The notes: generated from the letters alone by a model not told the origin. DNA of 64,000 bases from Daphnia carinata (GCF_022539665.2 NC_081332.1:558001-622000); one strand, 5' to 3'. Counted from the first letter of the stretch, positions 52,746 through 64,000 are shown. A program made the numbers and translations.

Positions 52746-53469
52746 GGCATCAGCAAGAGAACAACCCGTAAGTCTTGCACAATAGCTGTCTTTTTAAATG
52801 ATTCACCCCGAATCAACACACAATGCAAAAAGAAATTCACAGACTGGCGCGGGCCTGAAGTAGTCTACATGGGATCCAACCAATGGGTCTACTCAGTAAC
52901 AAAGCCGCACGAGATTGTGTTTTCCTACCCCGCAGGAGGAGAGCAGCCACCTTTAAGAACAACAAGTTTACCAGCTGTACGAATGTTTGAAGTACCTTTG
53001 AGATGCACCGCTTGAACCGAAGAATGGATGTTCCCAGCCAGCATGGAAGGAAGAATAATGGCGCAAAGCTACAAGCAGTTGTTCTACCTTCAGGTTAAAT
53101 CTTTGCACAAGACGTCCAAGCAATCGATGGCAAAAAACACATCTTCGTCGAGCTTCCGCCGGAAAATACTTCATCGGTAGACATCATTAGTCAGTTGCTT
53201 CACCGCAACTCGCAAGCAACGTTATCAACTGAAATGACAGGAGAGCAAATTCATAATTTAATTTTGGGAAAAAAGAAAAACAAAAAGAACCTTACCTCAC
53301 TCGTTATCCTTACGAGTTGGCCGCTTCCAACATCCTTTTAGTGTTTGTAATAGTGTTCTTGGCACTCAAATACTACATGTTACACAAGCGTCTTATCGCT
53401 CATGAACAGTGTGAAACCTCTCCACCCAGAGACAGCGGGAGGGAAGAGATGGAAACTGAAAACTTCTGA
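52746..53469 (+). pseudogene. env-like (baculovirus F/errantivirus-type) glycoprotein C-terminal remnant
   Basis: SCTIAVFLNDSPRINTQCKKKFTDWRGPEVVYMGSNQWVYSVTKPHEIVFS...FEVPLRCTA*, then hydrophobic NILLVFVIVFLAL followed by a short tail ending ETENF*; located after pol. Confidence 0.65.
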
Positions 53470-53649
53470 AAGAAAAAATTTTAGTGTTAAAAAAGAAAAA
53501 CGGCTGCTGTGCGGAAAAGTGAAAAAAGTTTATTGCTACAGACAGAAAAGTTACAACTATTCTTCACGATCATTAATATGATCTAACAGATTAGAAAGGC
53601 CGCGGGTAAGGTCCCGCAGCAAAGTAAAAGCGTCTTAGTTATCAGTGTC

Positions 53650-54141
53650 TTAATCTTCATTTTCTGCATTCAAGACATCAAGCCAAGTGCGCCGAGCTTC
53701 TTGTGCTTCCACCTGAGCTTGAATAATCTTGTTGTAGAAATCGGAACGGCGAGGAGTCGGGTGGTAAATGTCCTCATCGGACTCAAACCACCAGAGAAGA
53801 CGGGCATGGATATGCGAAAAGTGGTCTCGATACCTAGCATAACCAGGATATGTGTTAAAAAGAAAAAAGAGACTTGAGTATGTATTGAAACAGAAAAAAT
53901 GATAAGAGACTACTTACCTAAAGTAAAAATCGTTAATCGAAGGAGCACTGATGGAGAGTGAAAAATTTAAACGTGCGTCGGCGGTATGCACTCTCGCCAA
54001 AATCTCCAAAAAATCAGCACGGTCAGTCTGCGTCAAACGGCTGAAACGGCTCCTACCAGTAGTATAGGTAGTCTCTACAAAACACACTAACACATATTCA
54101 AAGCGGCGAAGATTTTGGAGAACTGAGTGAAGAGTAAACAT
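53650..54141 (-). CDS. Antisense two-exon hypothetical protein inside gypsy element B: join(54141-53918, 53833-53650), 135 aa
   Basis: CAAAATG start, TATAAG about 55 nt upstream, donor AG|GTAAGT, 84-nt intron with pyrimidine tract and TAG acceptor, in-frame second exon to TAA, AATAAA at 53534-53529. Confidence 0.65.
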
Positions 54142-54498
54142 TTTGGTACCGAAGCAAGAAAAAAACGAAAGATGGAAGGCCGCAGTTGAATTTCTTATAC
54201 GTCGTAGTGTTGTAGTTTGTCTTTATTGATAACAGCTTATCAATTGCTAATTATAGCCGTCTTCTTACTCTTGTAGCCCTTCCATAGTTCTAGCAAATTC
54301 CTTTCCGATAAAAGCTTATTAACATCTGTAAAGCGACCTTGTTTTATTGTATGTTTACCCATTTGTCTTTTCCTTCATTTCTACTAGTCTTTAATGATTT
54401 TTTGAAATCACGGGTTTTCCTAATATTATGTCATACCTTTGATTTGCCTTTAATGATTGTTAGTACAGTCGGGTCTCCTGTCTTAAAGAAGGGGGACC

Positions 54499-54845
54499 TG
54501 TCGCGAGGGGAAAATAGTTGATGTGGTTATCATTTCTGAAAAGATGTGACATACAACGTTTTAATTGTGTAAAGTACAGCTTCTCATGAAAAGATGCTGT
54601 AACACGCAGATAAGTTGGTAAAAGAGAGTCTTCGAATTTATGTAACCCTAGATATGGGGCGTATTTCCATCACGATGGTATAAAAGCCCATAGTTTTTTA
54701 GTCCTCTGCTAGTTCTCCCGGATTTTTCTAGTTCTCTAAATGTTCCTGTATTCAAGTTAAGTAAAAAAGCGTAGTCACTCTTTATTCTGTTGTGTATTGT
54801 ATTTTTCCTCAAAGTTCTATACAAATAATTAAGTCCAGTGTGACA
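54499..54845 (+). repeat. 3' LTR of gypsy element B
   Basis: Follows the PPT; ends GTGTGACA then ATAT TSD. Confidence 0.95.
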
Positions 54846-55239
54846 ATATACCCGTAGTGATGTGATAATATATATGAACGTTCAAAATGTTTTCATTACC
54901 TCAGGTAAAAATATGTTTTGGAGTAAAAATTACAAGTACTAATTGTTATGTTATATATATTAAATATATATAACATATTTATATTTATATATTGTTATAT
55001 TGGCAAATCCTGGCAATTCTAATTACAAAAAGTATGAAACGTGTAATGTTTTATACCTACAGGGTTGTTCTGTTTCAATTACTTGTGCTATGTACGATTA
55101 ATTATACATGCTTTTAGTAAAGTTTATGTTACAATATAGGTTTTTGCTGAATCCTTGTATACTGCAATTAATGTAAATACAAGCAGTTTGTTCCCAAAAG
55201 CCGTTTTTATTATTCTCTCAGCAAAACATTATAATCTAA

Positions 55240-56265
55240 TACTTAGTCCAGTCGCCATCAACAACTATGGCTAGCTCTAGACGGGATCCCATGGACTTTG
55301 CGAGAGCTTGTCAGTAGCATGGTCTTTGACTAAGATGGCTCCAGGTGTTGCTTACCGCACTTCCCAAGTTCGTTGGGATTTTTTCCGTGATGAGAATCCA
55401 TTTCTCGCACCATTTCACTCCATAAATTTTCAATGGGGTTTAAATCTGCTCCTTTTGGTGGCCACGGAAGAAGCTGAAAGGAGACACCTTCATCTTCAAA
55501 CCAATCCTGAACGAGAAAACTCCTGTGGATGGGAGAATGATCCTGAACAAATGGAATGAGCTCATACGTTCCAAACCTAGCCCATGCAGACGGTAATAGG
55601 TCGTTCTCCAATATTTCGATGTATTTTCCAGCCGTTAGACGGCCGTTGATGCGGCGCATTTTCCCGGCGCCAGCAGACGAAAACCACACTGTTAAATGAA
55701 CATAGTATTGAAATCAAAATTAAGAAAAATAAAAATAATAAATTTCTTACCCAAAACTTTTTTCATCACTAAATGTCACTTTTGCCCACCAATCTGCATC
55801 TTTGTTGACGAATTCGGTTGCGAATGCTAATCTTGCATTTTTTGGGGCTTCTGTAAGAAATTCTTCTTTGGCAGTAATTCTTCCGTGAATCCCGTGCCTT
55901 TTTGGTCTTCGAAAAATCGTTGCTCGACGAATGGGCAACTCACAAATATCTAGAGATGATAAAGCTTTAATAATGTATAACATAAAAATTTGTATTTTTT
56001 TGTTACCTTTTAGTTCCTACAGGGTTGTTATTGTTTTTGCCTTGAAGGCTTGCAACAACATTGAATCTTGTGCTGGGGTCGTTTTACGGGTTGCTCCGGA
56101 TCCAAGTTTGCGCTTAAAATCAAAGGTTTCTTGATATCGACGGATCCACTTTTTAACCGTATTAGGGTGGCACTGAATTATATCCGCAATATCAAGGATG
56201 GTAGTATTTTGATTAAAAGCACAACTATAGCGCCTTTATCTTGGAGACTTAAATGTTTGCCTGAC
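55240..56265 (-). pseudogene. Intron-containing Tc1-family transposase (D..36..E spacing), degenerate
   Basis: HTH region (TVKKWIRRYQET...RKLGSGATRKTT), RLAFA...WWAKVTFSDEKSF, QDHSPIH...WPPKGADLNPIENLW; 36 residues between the second D and E. Confidence 0.88.
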
Positions 56266-56519
56266 TAACGTAAAAACATAGCACTAGAGGAAATTTAAAG
56301 GCGCGACTGACTTTATTCAATAATTTTTAGTGTTGCGCCTAACCTCCTCAAGTAAAAAATTATCAGGTGTCAAAAAGTATACTTTTTTTCAGCTGACGCA
56401 GTTCGACATAGGTCAAGGATAAATACCTATACGTATGGCTACAGACTTTCTGTCCAGTTTCAGCCTCGATGACTTTTTCTTACCCTTTCCCCTTATGATT
56501 TTAACGCAAACAAAAGTCA

Positions 56520-57200
56520 CGGTCTCGTGTTTTATTTCTCCTCATTTGTCTATGAAGAGTGGGCAACCATTTTTACACCATGACATAATTTTTTCCAAGC
56601 GAGCCAACTGACAAAGCCAAGTGATCCTGAAGCCCAACTTTATAGACGTCAATGGAAAAATGTCATTTTCACCGACGCTAGTACATACATGTTAGCTTAA
56701 CAATTTTCATTTTATTTTAGTATCCATCAAGCCGGACATGTATTTTTTGACAATTTCACATGTAAAGTAAAAAAACAAGCATGCCCTTTTATGTTTGGGC
56801 TTGGTTCTCAACAACTGGCGGAATAGGGTCCATTTGTCGCGTAGACAGTTTTCCTAGAAAAATAATCAAACTGTTCAACGACGAATTTAGTCATGGATTA
56901 CTTGCTGAGTTAAAAATTAACAGTATTATCTTTAGGAACGGAAAATTAAGAGACATCGCGGTCGCACTGCAGGAGTGGATAAGTGGGAAAGAAAAGGTTA
57001 CGGCTCATCTATGGCCGGAAAACTTCAGGGATTTTTGGCCATTTTGAAAGATCTGGTTAGATCTGGATTAAAACAATTTCTTATAATACGCAACAGCTAG
57101 GAAACAATGAAGATTTATGGGCCATTATCGAAGGTTTTTAGGAAACTAAAAACAATAGTGACGTATATTGGAGAGAACTCTAAATTCTTTTTCAGTTTAA
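56520..57200 (+). pseudogene. Highly diverged Tc1-type transposase-like sequence, divergent from the neighbouring transposase
   Basis: QWKNVIFTDAS / VWAWFSTTGGIG / LWPENFRDFWPF*KIW parallel the Tc1 motifs W..V.FSDE / VWG.FS..G.G / WP..SPDLNPIENLW; boundaries approximate. Confidence 0.6.
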
Positions 57201-57859
57201 CTTGAACTCCATTTCGGAAACTGATTTTTTTAAAATTGCCTTTTCTTTATTCAATTTTTTTAAAAATTCCTGTTTATTATGTTTGTTTTATTTTAAAAGA
57301 CTTCGATTCTTTACTTCTATTTTAAATCTAAGAAATATAAAGTAAAATTAAAACAACAGGTTTCATGTTTTAAAACATTTTATTGAAACAGTAAGTAATA
57401 CCCGAGTTCTTTAGAAAAAAACTTCACCATTAAATAAAACAAAAATGAACTGTAAAACAACAAAATTTATGAGCGTTGCATTCCCACATTTGTAATTTAA
57501 TGATAGCGGGCATGAATCACCTTTTACAGAATGGAACTATTCTTCATATTTAGTCAAATAAAATACCTTTGCATATAGTTGTGATGTAATGTAGTCATAC
57601 TTTTCTATTAATTGCTGTCCTAGTATAGCTTTCTTACATCAGAGATCCCCTCAACTGGAACCTTTCCGTATCTTAATCTCTTACTGTGGTAAAGCCATTC
57701 CCTGTACAAATTGGAATTAGATTGCGAAAACATAGAATATACATTGTAATATCTTGGAGAAAACTTGCAGAGCTTATTTTTAACTTGCAGCCTATTAGGA
57801 AGTTACTAAACACCAGAGGCTTTATTAGTGGTTACATTTGCTTGAAAGTAATAATGCTT

Positions 57860-58560
57860 ACCAGTGAACGATCTATTTCCTAAACAAGAAGCAAGTGCTC
57901 ATACTCCGCTAAGATTTTTTCTGCCGTGTGTTTACCAATCATTCTCTTGACGCCAAGAAAGAGAGTGCATCTTTCGAATGATTTGGTGACCACATGACAG
58001 ATAAAGCCGATGAAACCCATCATAGATATGGAAGACCGAATATCGAGAACGATTGAAAAGGAAGAAGATCCTTGATGATCTTCAGCAGCTTGCATCTAGT
58101 TGCGTGGACAATACTGGATATTATGCTATTTCTCATCCTTTCAATTCCTGGTAGTTGGTATCTGGCATTCCTGACTGTAAAAATGAAAAATCATCAGTTT
58201 CGTTGGTAAATTTAAGAAATCAGTCGTAAATACATGAATCCATTGTCGAAACCTTTTCTGTTATTAATTGTATCAACTTGATACAATCAAGGTAGCAATT
58301 CGTTGGAAAAGTTACAATGGAGCGTGATTTGAATGACAGCTTTAATGAAGACTTAGAAGACGAAAGAAAAGATGAAGTAGGAGGTGAAGAAGAAACAGTT
58401 GGTGTAGGAATAGATTGTGACGGAGGGAAAATTTCTCACATGCTGCGCTTATGCAAGGCGAACAAAGAGTCAATATTGGTGGGCGACCTGTTCTTGCCAA
58501 TGGTCAAATTAATTTTGTTAGGAGACAGCTTTGTTTTCTCACCGTTCATATCATTAGAAA
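57860..58560 (-). pseudogene. hAT transposase pseudogene, 5' part
   Basis: FSIVLDIRSSISMMGFIGFICHVV...LFLGVKRMIGKHTAEKI, the hAT first-catalytic-Asp region with the HT motif; boundaries approximate. Confidence 0.75.
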
Positions 58561-58968
58561 ACTAGAAAGAATTGCCTTGATAGTCCAACGCATTGTGGAT
58601 GTCAATCAATAGTGAATGCCAAACCATTCAAATTACTTAGACAACCAAGTGATAAGAAAAACTTTCGGGTTACTCATCCTTCTGATCTATCAAGAAAGCT
58701 TTTTGTCTCCTATGACTACACTCAAACCATCAAAAATTTTCGGAACCAATTGGTTGATCGTCCGTTAACCAGAAACGATAGAACACTAGACTTCTCTTTA
58801 ATCAAATTGCTTTTCGCAAAAACAGCCAACGGCGGATTACCTTTATGTCGTTTCTTAACGAGAAGGCATATCAATCCAACGAATTTTGAAAAAAATGAAG
58901 GTTTCATACTCAAGAGAGATTTTCAAGCAGGAGGCTGTAGCAGCATTAGAAAGCATGCATGACTTGTA

Positions 58969-60070
58969 GGGGAGACCGGACCCATCTTGGACAATGTACC
59001 AAGTTGTACAGTGCCAAGAAAAATACAAGTTATTATAATAAAAATATAATAATTACACAGTATGTTCAGAATAGGTTTTTGTAAATGTTGTAAAAGTTTG
59101 ATTCCCGTGTGTGTATTATTTATTGAATTGCTTAACCAATAATAAACATACAAAAAAGTCTGTATTTTTTTTGTTCTAAATCGATGATTTTTTATAATGT
59201 TATTTTATAATTATACCTTAATAGATATTAGAAGTAAGTAGGCCATAGTTTTCTTAATAATACTTGAGAAGAAAAAAAATTTTCCTTATTCAACTTTCAA
59301 CAGAATCATTTATTCTGCGAAAGTTGTTTTTTGGGGCCCATTTGTACAAACGGCAGGGGTGATGTTGGACACCAAATGGGCGCGCATGGGAGGGGCCAAG
59401 TCTAGGCGCGAAAATTTGAAATTTTGCAACTTAAAGGAAACATTCAGAATATAACTAATGCATAAAATATATCTAATATAACATATATAACATAACATAT
59501 ATAATATAAACATAACTAATGAAATAAAAACGCGTTGTGGTTCAGCACAAATCAATGAGTGACTAAAACTTTCACACAGCAGACGCCGCCATGACATGAC
59601 GATGACAAATCAGAGAAAACCAATGAAAAAATTGATATTACCAAAATATCGATTCTGCGTTGGCTCCGCCTCCTCCTATGTCTTCCTTATCAATAAAATG
59701 AAACTTTTCAGATATAATAAAAGTTTTTTATTTCACGTAACATCTTATTAAGACTACATTCAAATTGTTCGCTAATTTAGTAGGAAAAAGCAGAAATTTT
59801 TTAAAATTTTAATACGACACAATCCACCTCTTTTTACCCCGTCCAAAGTAGTACAGGTGTCCGTACAAAGTCACCCCAATTTCGTCGAAAATCACCAGAA
59901 AATAAAAATGGTAATAAATTCTAAAAAAATTATATTACATCTCTGAAAAAAATAAGGGGGTAGCAGACACATTGTAAATTCTGTTTTAACAAATTTTATT
60001 AATTTCGCGTAAGTAGGGTGGTACATAATGGGGTAAAACCGAAACTGTACAAGATGGGTCCGGTCTCCCC
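58969..60070. mobile_element. Non-autonomous DNA transposon (MITE-like) with TA TSD, GGGGAGACCGG-ended family B
   Basis: TA|GGGGAGACCGGACCCATCTTG ... CAAGATGGGTCCGGTCTCCCC|TA (21-bp TIR); splits the P transposase frame. Confidence 0.92.
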
Positions 60071-61019
60071 TACGTTTTAAGATTCGAAAATGTTGAACCT
60101 CCGACTTCTTTCTTGGAATTCTTTTGGAAGTGGTACAATTACCATGACGTCTGTAATCTGACTCAGCACTACCAACAGAGGCTGGACGTGAAAAAGCCAT
60201 TTTCAGATAAAAGAGACCAAAAATTGTTTAAGCTGGAAGCAAAATCCTTCAGGAGCTACTATGGAATATAGAGAGGAAAAATCAACTAGTGTTTCACACA
60301 AGAAATTTTAGACGCAATAATACTAACTTCGCGTTCGATAGCCAATTGTATAAAACATCTTCTTGACCACGGTTTCAAATTTCTTTGTGCTGACGCTTTT
60401 CCATCGACAACATCGTGCGTTTTCATTGCGCAGTACGGAACTATTGCTGTAACAACGACCATCCCGCAGTTGACCATTGTCTGAGCGCCATTGAAAGAAT
60501 AAAAAAAACTCAGTTGGCAATGGCATCTATGCAGTGCAACACTCCTTTGGTAACCGAGATAGTTCTTAAGCTAACAGATACGCAAATTCTGAAAGTAAGG
60601 AAATAAAAATGCACAAAATGTCGGGCTAGGGAAATTTTAAGGAGAACTGATGAAGAAAGTCTTTACTTGTTGAAAACTCTTAACTCTGCTTCACGTTTGT
60701 TATAACGTTAGGTTTTAATTTTATTAGTATAATGACGAATTTATTTTAGTAGACCACCTTCTATTGATTCCAGATACACTATCTTGCGTATATGTCACTG
60801 GATATGTTACATTCAAGTTCGGAAAATTATAGAATGACTGTATGGATTGTTATAACAAATTAATTTTTCCTATAAGCAACGCCAGATGCCTACGGTTGAT
60901 AAATCATCTTGATAATTAAATTAGTATTTTTTTTTGCATAATCATTTGAACGTATGAGTTCATGTTTATTTATTTTACAAATCGAGGTGGTTTAAAATAT
61001 CCTTGCGAATCACTGGCAT

Positions 61020-61311
61020 CAGACTTGCCGCGCCGATCAATTTTCCGATCGCGATCTCCGATCCGATCTTTTGAGTTTGATCGGATCGGGCGATCCGATC
61101 AAACTGCGAAAGATCGGATCGGCGATCAAATTTTGCCGATCATTTTTAGCGATCATTTTTGTGCAACATCTAACGGTAAAAATTTACACTGTTTCGCGAA
61201 AATAGCATTGGCTGTCACAGCGACAGTCACTGGCAGCCATTGAGGGTGAACACATCTTTTTCAAAAGATCGGATCGGCGATCAATTTTTGATCGCGATCG
61301 CGGCAAGTCTG
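61020..61311. mobile_element. hAT-type MITE (292 bp)
   Basis: 13-bp TIR CAGACTTGCCGCG, perfect 8-bp TSD ACTGGCAT (61012-61019, 61312-61319), many CGATC/GATCG subterminal repeats. Confidence 0.93.
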
Positions 61312-62431
61312 ACTGGCATGTCGAATGTGGGCTCTACATAGGTTTTTCAAAAGGGTGTTTCCTGAAATACGCACCTGTAGCAAACTACCCTAGTAAATGA
61401 AACCCGTCTTATTTCGGTATTGGTATGTAATACTGAAATCTGTACGGAATATCCATTTGAAAACAGTTCTAATTTCGTACACCAGTAATTTATTTTATTT
61501 GTCGTTATTTCGTTTTACAAAATAAGTTTATACTGTTTTCATTTGCAATTTTAATGCGTATGGTTACTATTTTTTGCGTACCGTTGTTATAGATAAAATT
61601 GCGCCTGGATTTTCCGTTTCCAAACCGTTTTGGTCTTTAATTTTTTTTAATTTTTAATGTTTTGCATTTTAGTCCGACAAACTGAATTTCTAACGAATTT
61701 CATCCTAGGTTATTTTGCGTCTTGTAGCCGATTTTCGTTATTCTTTATCATAGTAATACATGTAAACATGTGGTTAATTGTAGCAGTTACAGCACCGTAA
61801 CACACTAGAAAGACCTTCGTGAAAATTAATTTTTATACCTGCATATTGAATTGTATTACAAAAAAAATAAATAGCACACTGTTAATTTCGGGTATACGCC
61901 TTTCGTCGGTTAGGGGTAACTAATATCGAGCGGAGTTTGCGATATTCGCAAAGGTAATCTCTGGTTAACGCTCTTCGTTCGTTAAAAACCAACGAAAAAC
62001 GTTACCGCGAGTGATTTCCGCAAAGGTGCATTTGGTTAATGGTTTTCGTCGGTTTTTGTGTGTGAAATACGGCATATGAAACCGATTTCCGCATTGTACC
62101 CCTACAGTCCTACATTGGCAAAGAAGACTAAACAGCATCCTTTATCGAAGTGTAAGCTTAAAATTTTTTTAAAATTGGTTTTACTTGACTATTTAGACAA
62201 TGTAAAGGGCCATATCATTCTAAAATCCTCATGGAAAATGATAAAGTAAAGTTTCCTAAATAAATTTCGAGAAAGGTAAAGAACTGAAAACAATTTATTT
62301 TTTTTTTAACAAACAGTATTTTGTAATGCTAATATTTTCTTTTAGGCTGCTTCAAAATAGATCTCGTCAATAATGTTGCCTAATAGTTCAATGTTCAGTG
62401 ATTGCAAATAACATGGAAAGGAATTGCATTA

Positions 62432-63763
62432 GGGGAGGTAGGGCGCAATTGGAACGCGCGGCAATTGAAACAAAAATTCTACCACTTAAAGTGGTAGGTA
62501 TGCGATGTGTTAGGTGGCAAGTATGTAAGAGGTTTAGTTTAAAAAATTTGAGCTAACGCGAATTAAGGTTGTACATAATCAGAAAAAATTGGAGGCTTTA
62601 GACTCTAAAAGTTTTTGAGTTATCCCAGAAAGTTGTTTTTTGACTGTTCATTTGTAGTTTTTGCCCAGACAATTTTTTTAATTTTCACACATAAAACGAT
62701 GGAGGAAATCATTAAAAAAGGTCTTGAATCATTCATCGTTCATTAAGCTATAAATTGATAACATTAATTTTTTCCTAGCTAAATTTTATCCCCTATAAAC
62801 ATTAAAACTCCGTGAAGACCCATGCTAGGGGCAATTGGAACATCTTGTTCCAATTGCGACCCTTTCGTATGCGCGTCTCCGTTACTGCAGTCTGGCAACG
62901 GTGCTATAGCCCTACGCAGCATATTAGCAGAGCTATTTTTTCAATTTGTTTTTGAATGTTGTTGTGTATTTTTTGTGGTGACGAAAAAAATGTCAAAGAG
63001 TTTACTACTAAAGTTCCTCTAGTTGTTTTGAAAAAAATTTAGATACCTTGTTTTCCTATTCCAGCTACTTAAAAGTAAATAATGCACATCAACGCATATC
63101 GTCTACTGGGTGGCTGACACTTATCGTCTGCTGGGTAGCTGACACTTATCGTCTGCCATTATGTTTTGTTTTTATTTACAGCGTTGATTAAAGAAATAAA
63201 ATTTAAAAATTTAATTACCGACATTAACAACAATTATGATATAAGGCTGGGCATGCCATATTCGATTATAAAAATTTGATCTCCATACTATTAACCGTTC
63301 TTTGGATTACTAACGGTGTTCTGAACCTAATTCAGAAAACTACCAAAATTCATTAAATAATATTTAGTTACTATAGAAAGTTATAAAATATCTTAAAAAA
63401 TAAAGATCCTATTCTTTGTATTGCTGTAAAGAATTCATTAAAATACGTATCCCAGATTCTGAGATATCGTCGTTTTAGTTTCTTCATTAAACCGGGAGCT
63501 CTCTTATGGGAAAACCCACGTTTCAATTGCCCAGACACACTGTTTCAATTGCCGAGTAGAATTGGCAATTGAAACATCTTGGGGTACCTCCAGTTTTTTA
63601 CACATAGCAGATGTTTATCTTTGCTGAAACCACCCAAAAAAATACCATTATGTAGCTGGGATAACTGGCTACAAATCTATATAGTTTTTAGTCAAGTTGG
63701 ACGATTTTTGTAAGCGTACGGAACAAAAATCAGTTTTGTGTTCCAACCACGCCCTACCTCCCC
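62432..63763. mobile_element. Non-autonomous DNA transposon (MITE-like) with TA TSD, GGGGAGGTAGG-ended family C
   Basis: TA|GGGGAGGTAGGGCGCAATTGGAAC ... GTTCCAACCACGCCCTACCTCCCC|TA; internal GCAATTGAAAC repeats and a ~25-bp tandem duplication near 63100-63157. Confidence 0.88.
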
Positions 63764-64000
63764 TACCAGAATCTTCTGTTTCTATCACTTCTTCATTTTC
63801 ATCTCCAATGACTTCAACATGACCTTTATGATGTAGAAGATCTCCCTGCAACATTTCCTGTGGAATTACTGCCCAAAGAGTAAACAGACCATTTTGATAT
63901 TTCATCAGGAAGGTTCAAAAGATATTTAATTTATGACTTAAAAACAATATTACTTTGACCGCAGTTTTCAGTTGCTTAAAAAAAAGCACTATGAAACGTA

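Larger units (their letters stand above)
49860..54845 (+). mobile_element. Ty3/gypsy LTR retrotransposon (element B) with both LTRs, env-like remnant and internal deletion of RT/RNase H
   Basis: TG...CA LTRs 49860-50208 and 54499-54845, 4-bp TSD ATAT, PBS at 50211, PPT AAAGAAGGGGGA 54485-54496; gag, protease and integrase relics. Confidence 0.95.
58575..61700 (+). pseudogene. P-element (THAP9-like) transposase pseudogene, interrupted by two MITEs
   Basis: HPSDLSRKLFVSYDYTQTIKNFRNQL...LTRRHINPTNFEK; after the MITE, FWKWYNYHDV...KPF, ILTSRSIANCIKHLL, NNDHP, RGGLKYP; boundaries approximate. Confidence 0.8.

Noticed and set aside
47328..54860. Possible CACTA...TAGTG termini with loosely similar subterminal sequence enclosing the hAT relic and gypsy B
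   Set aside because: The match beyond 5 bp is patchy, there is no matching TSD and no CACTA transposase

Overview
Eukaryotic, AT-rich invertebrate DNA. The short GT-AG introns, poly(A)/(T)-rich spacers and the Lim1 protein suggest a crustacean such as Daphnia (inference). The window has two sharply different halves. (1) 1-35 kb shows no transposon that I could recognise. It holds one host gene, a 7-exon LIM-homeobox Lim1 (Lhx1/5) on the minus strand (CDS 33131->18113, 496 aa as I join it), plus about 17 kb of downstream non-coding sequence. (2) 35-64 kb is a dense nest of mobile elements: two Ty3/gypsy LTR retrotransposons, a Mutator/Phantom-like element with ~635-bp TIRs and an 8-bp TSD, hAT, Tc1 and P-element transposase relics, and at least five TIR/MITE elements. 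The most unusual observation is in the element at 49860-54845. It carries an env-like (baculovirus-F-like) remnant and, in its 3' region, an apparently intact intron-containing ANTISENSE gene (135 aa) with its own TATA-like box, Kozak context and polyA signal. Also notable are a head-to-head pair of Tc1-type transposase genes sharing an intron position, and tRNA-like (A/B box) sequences at the inner edge of both Mutator TIRs. All coordinates and translations were read by eye; no searches were run.
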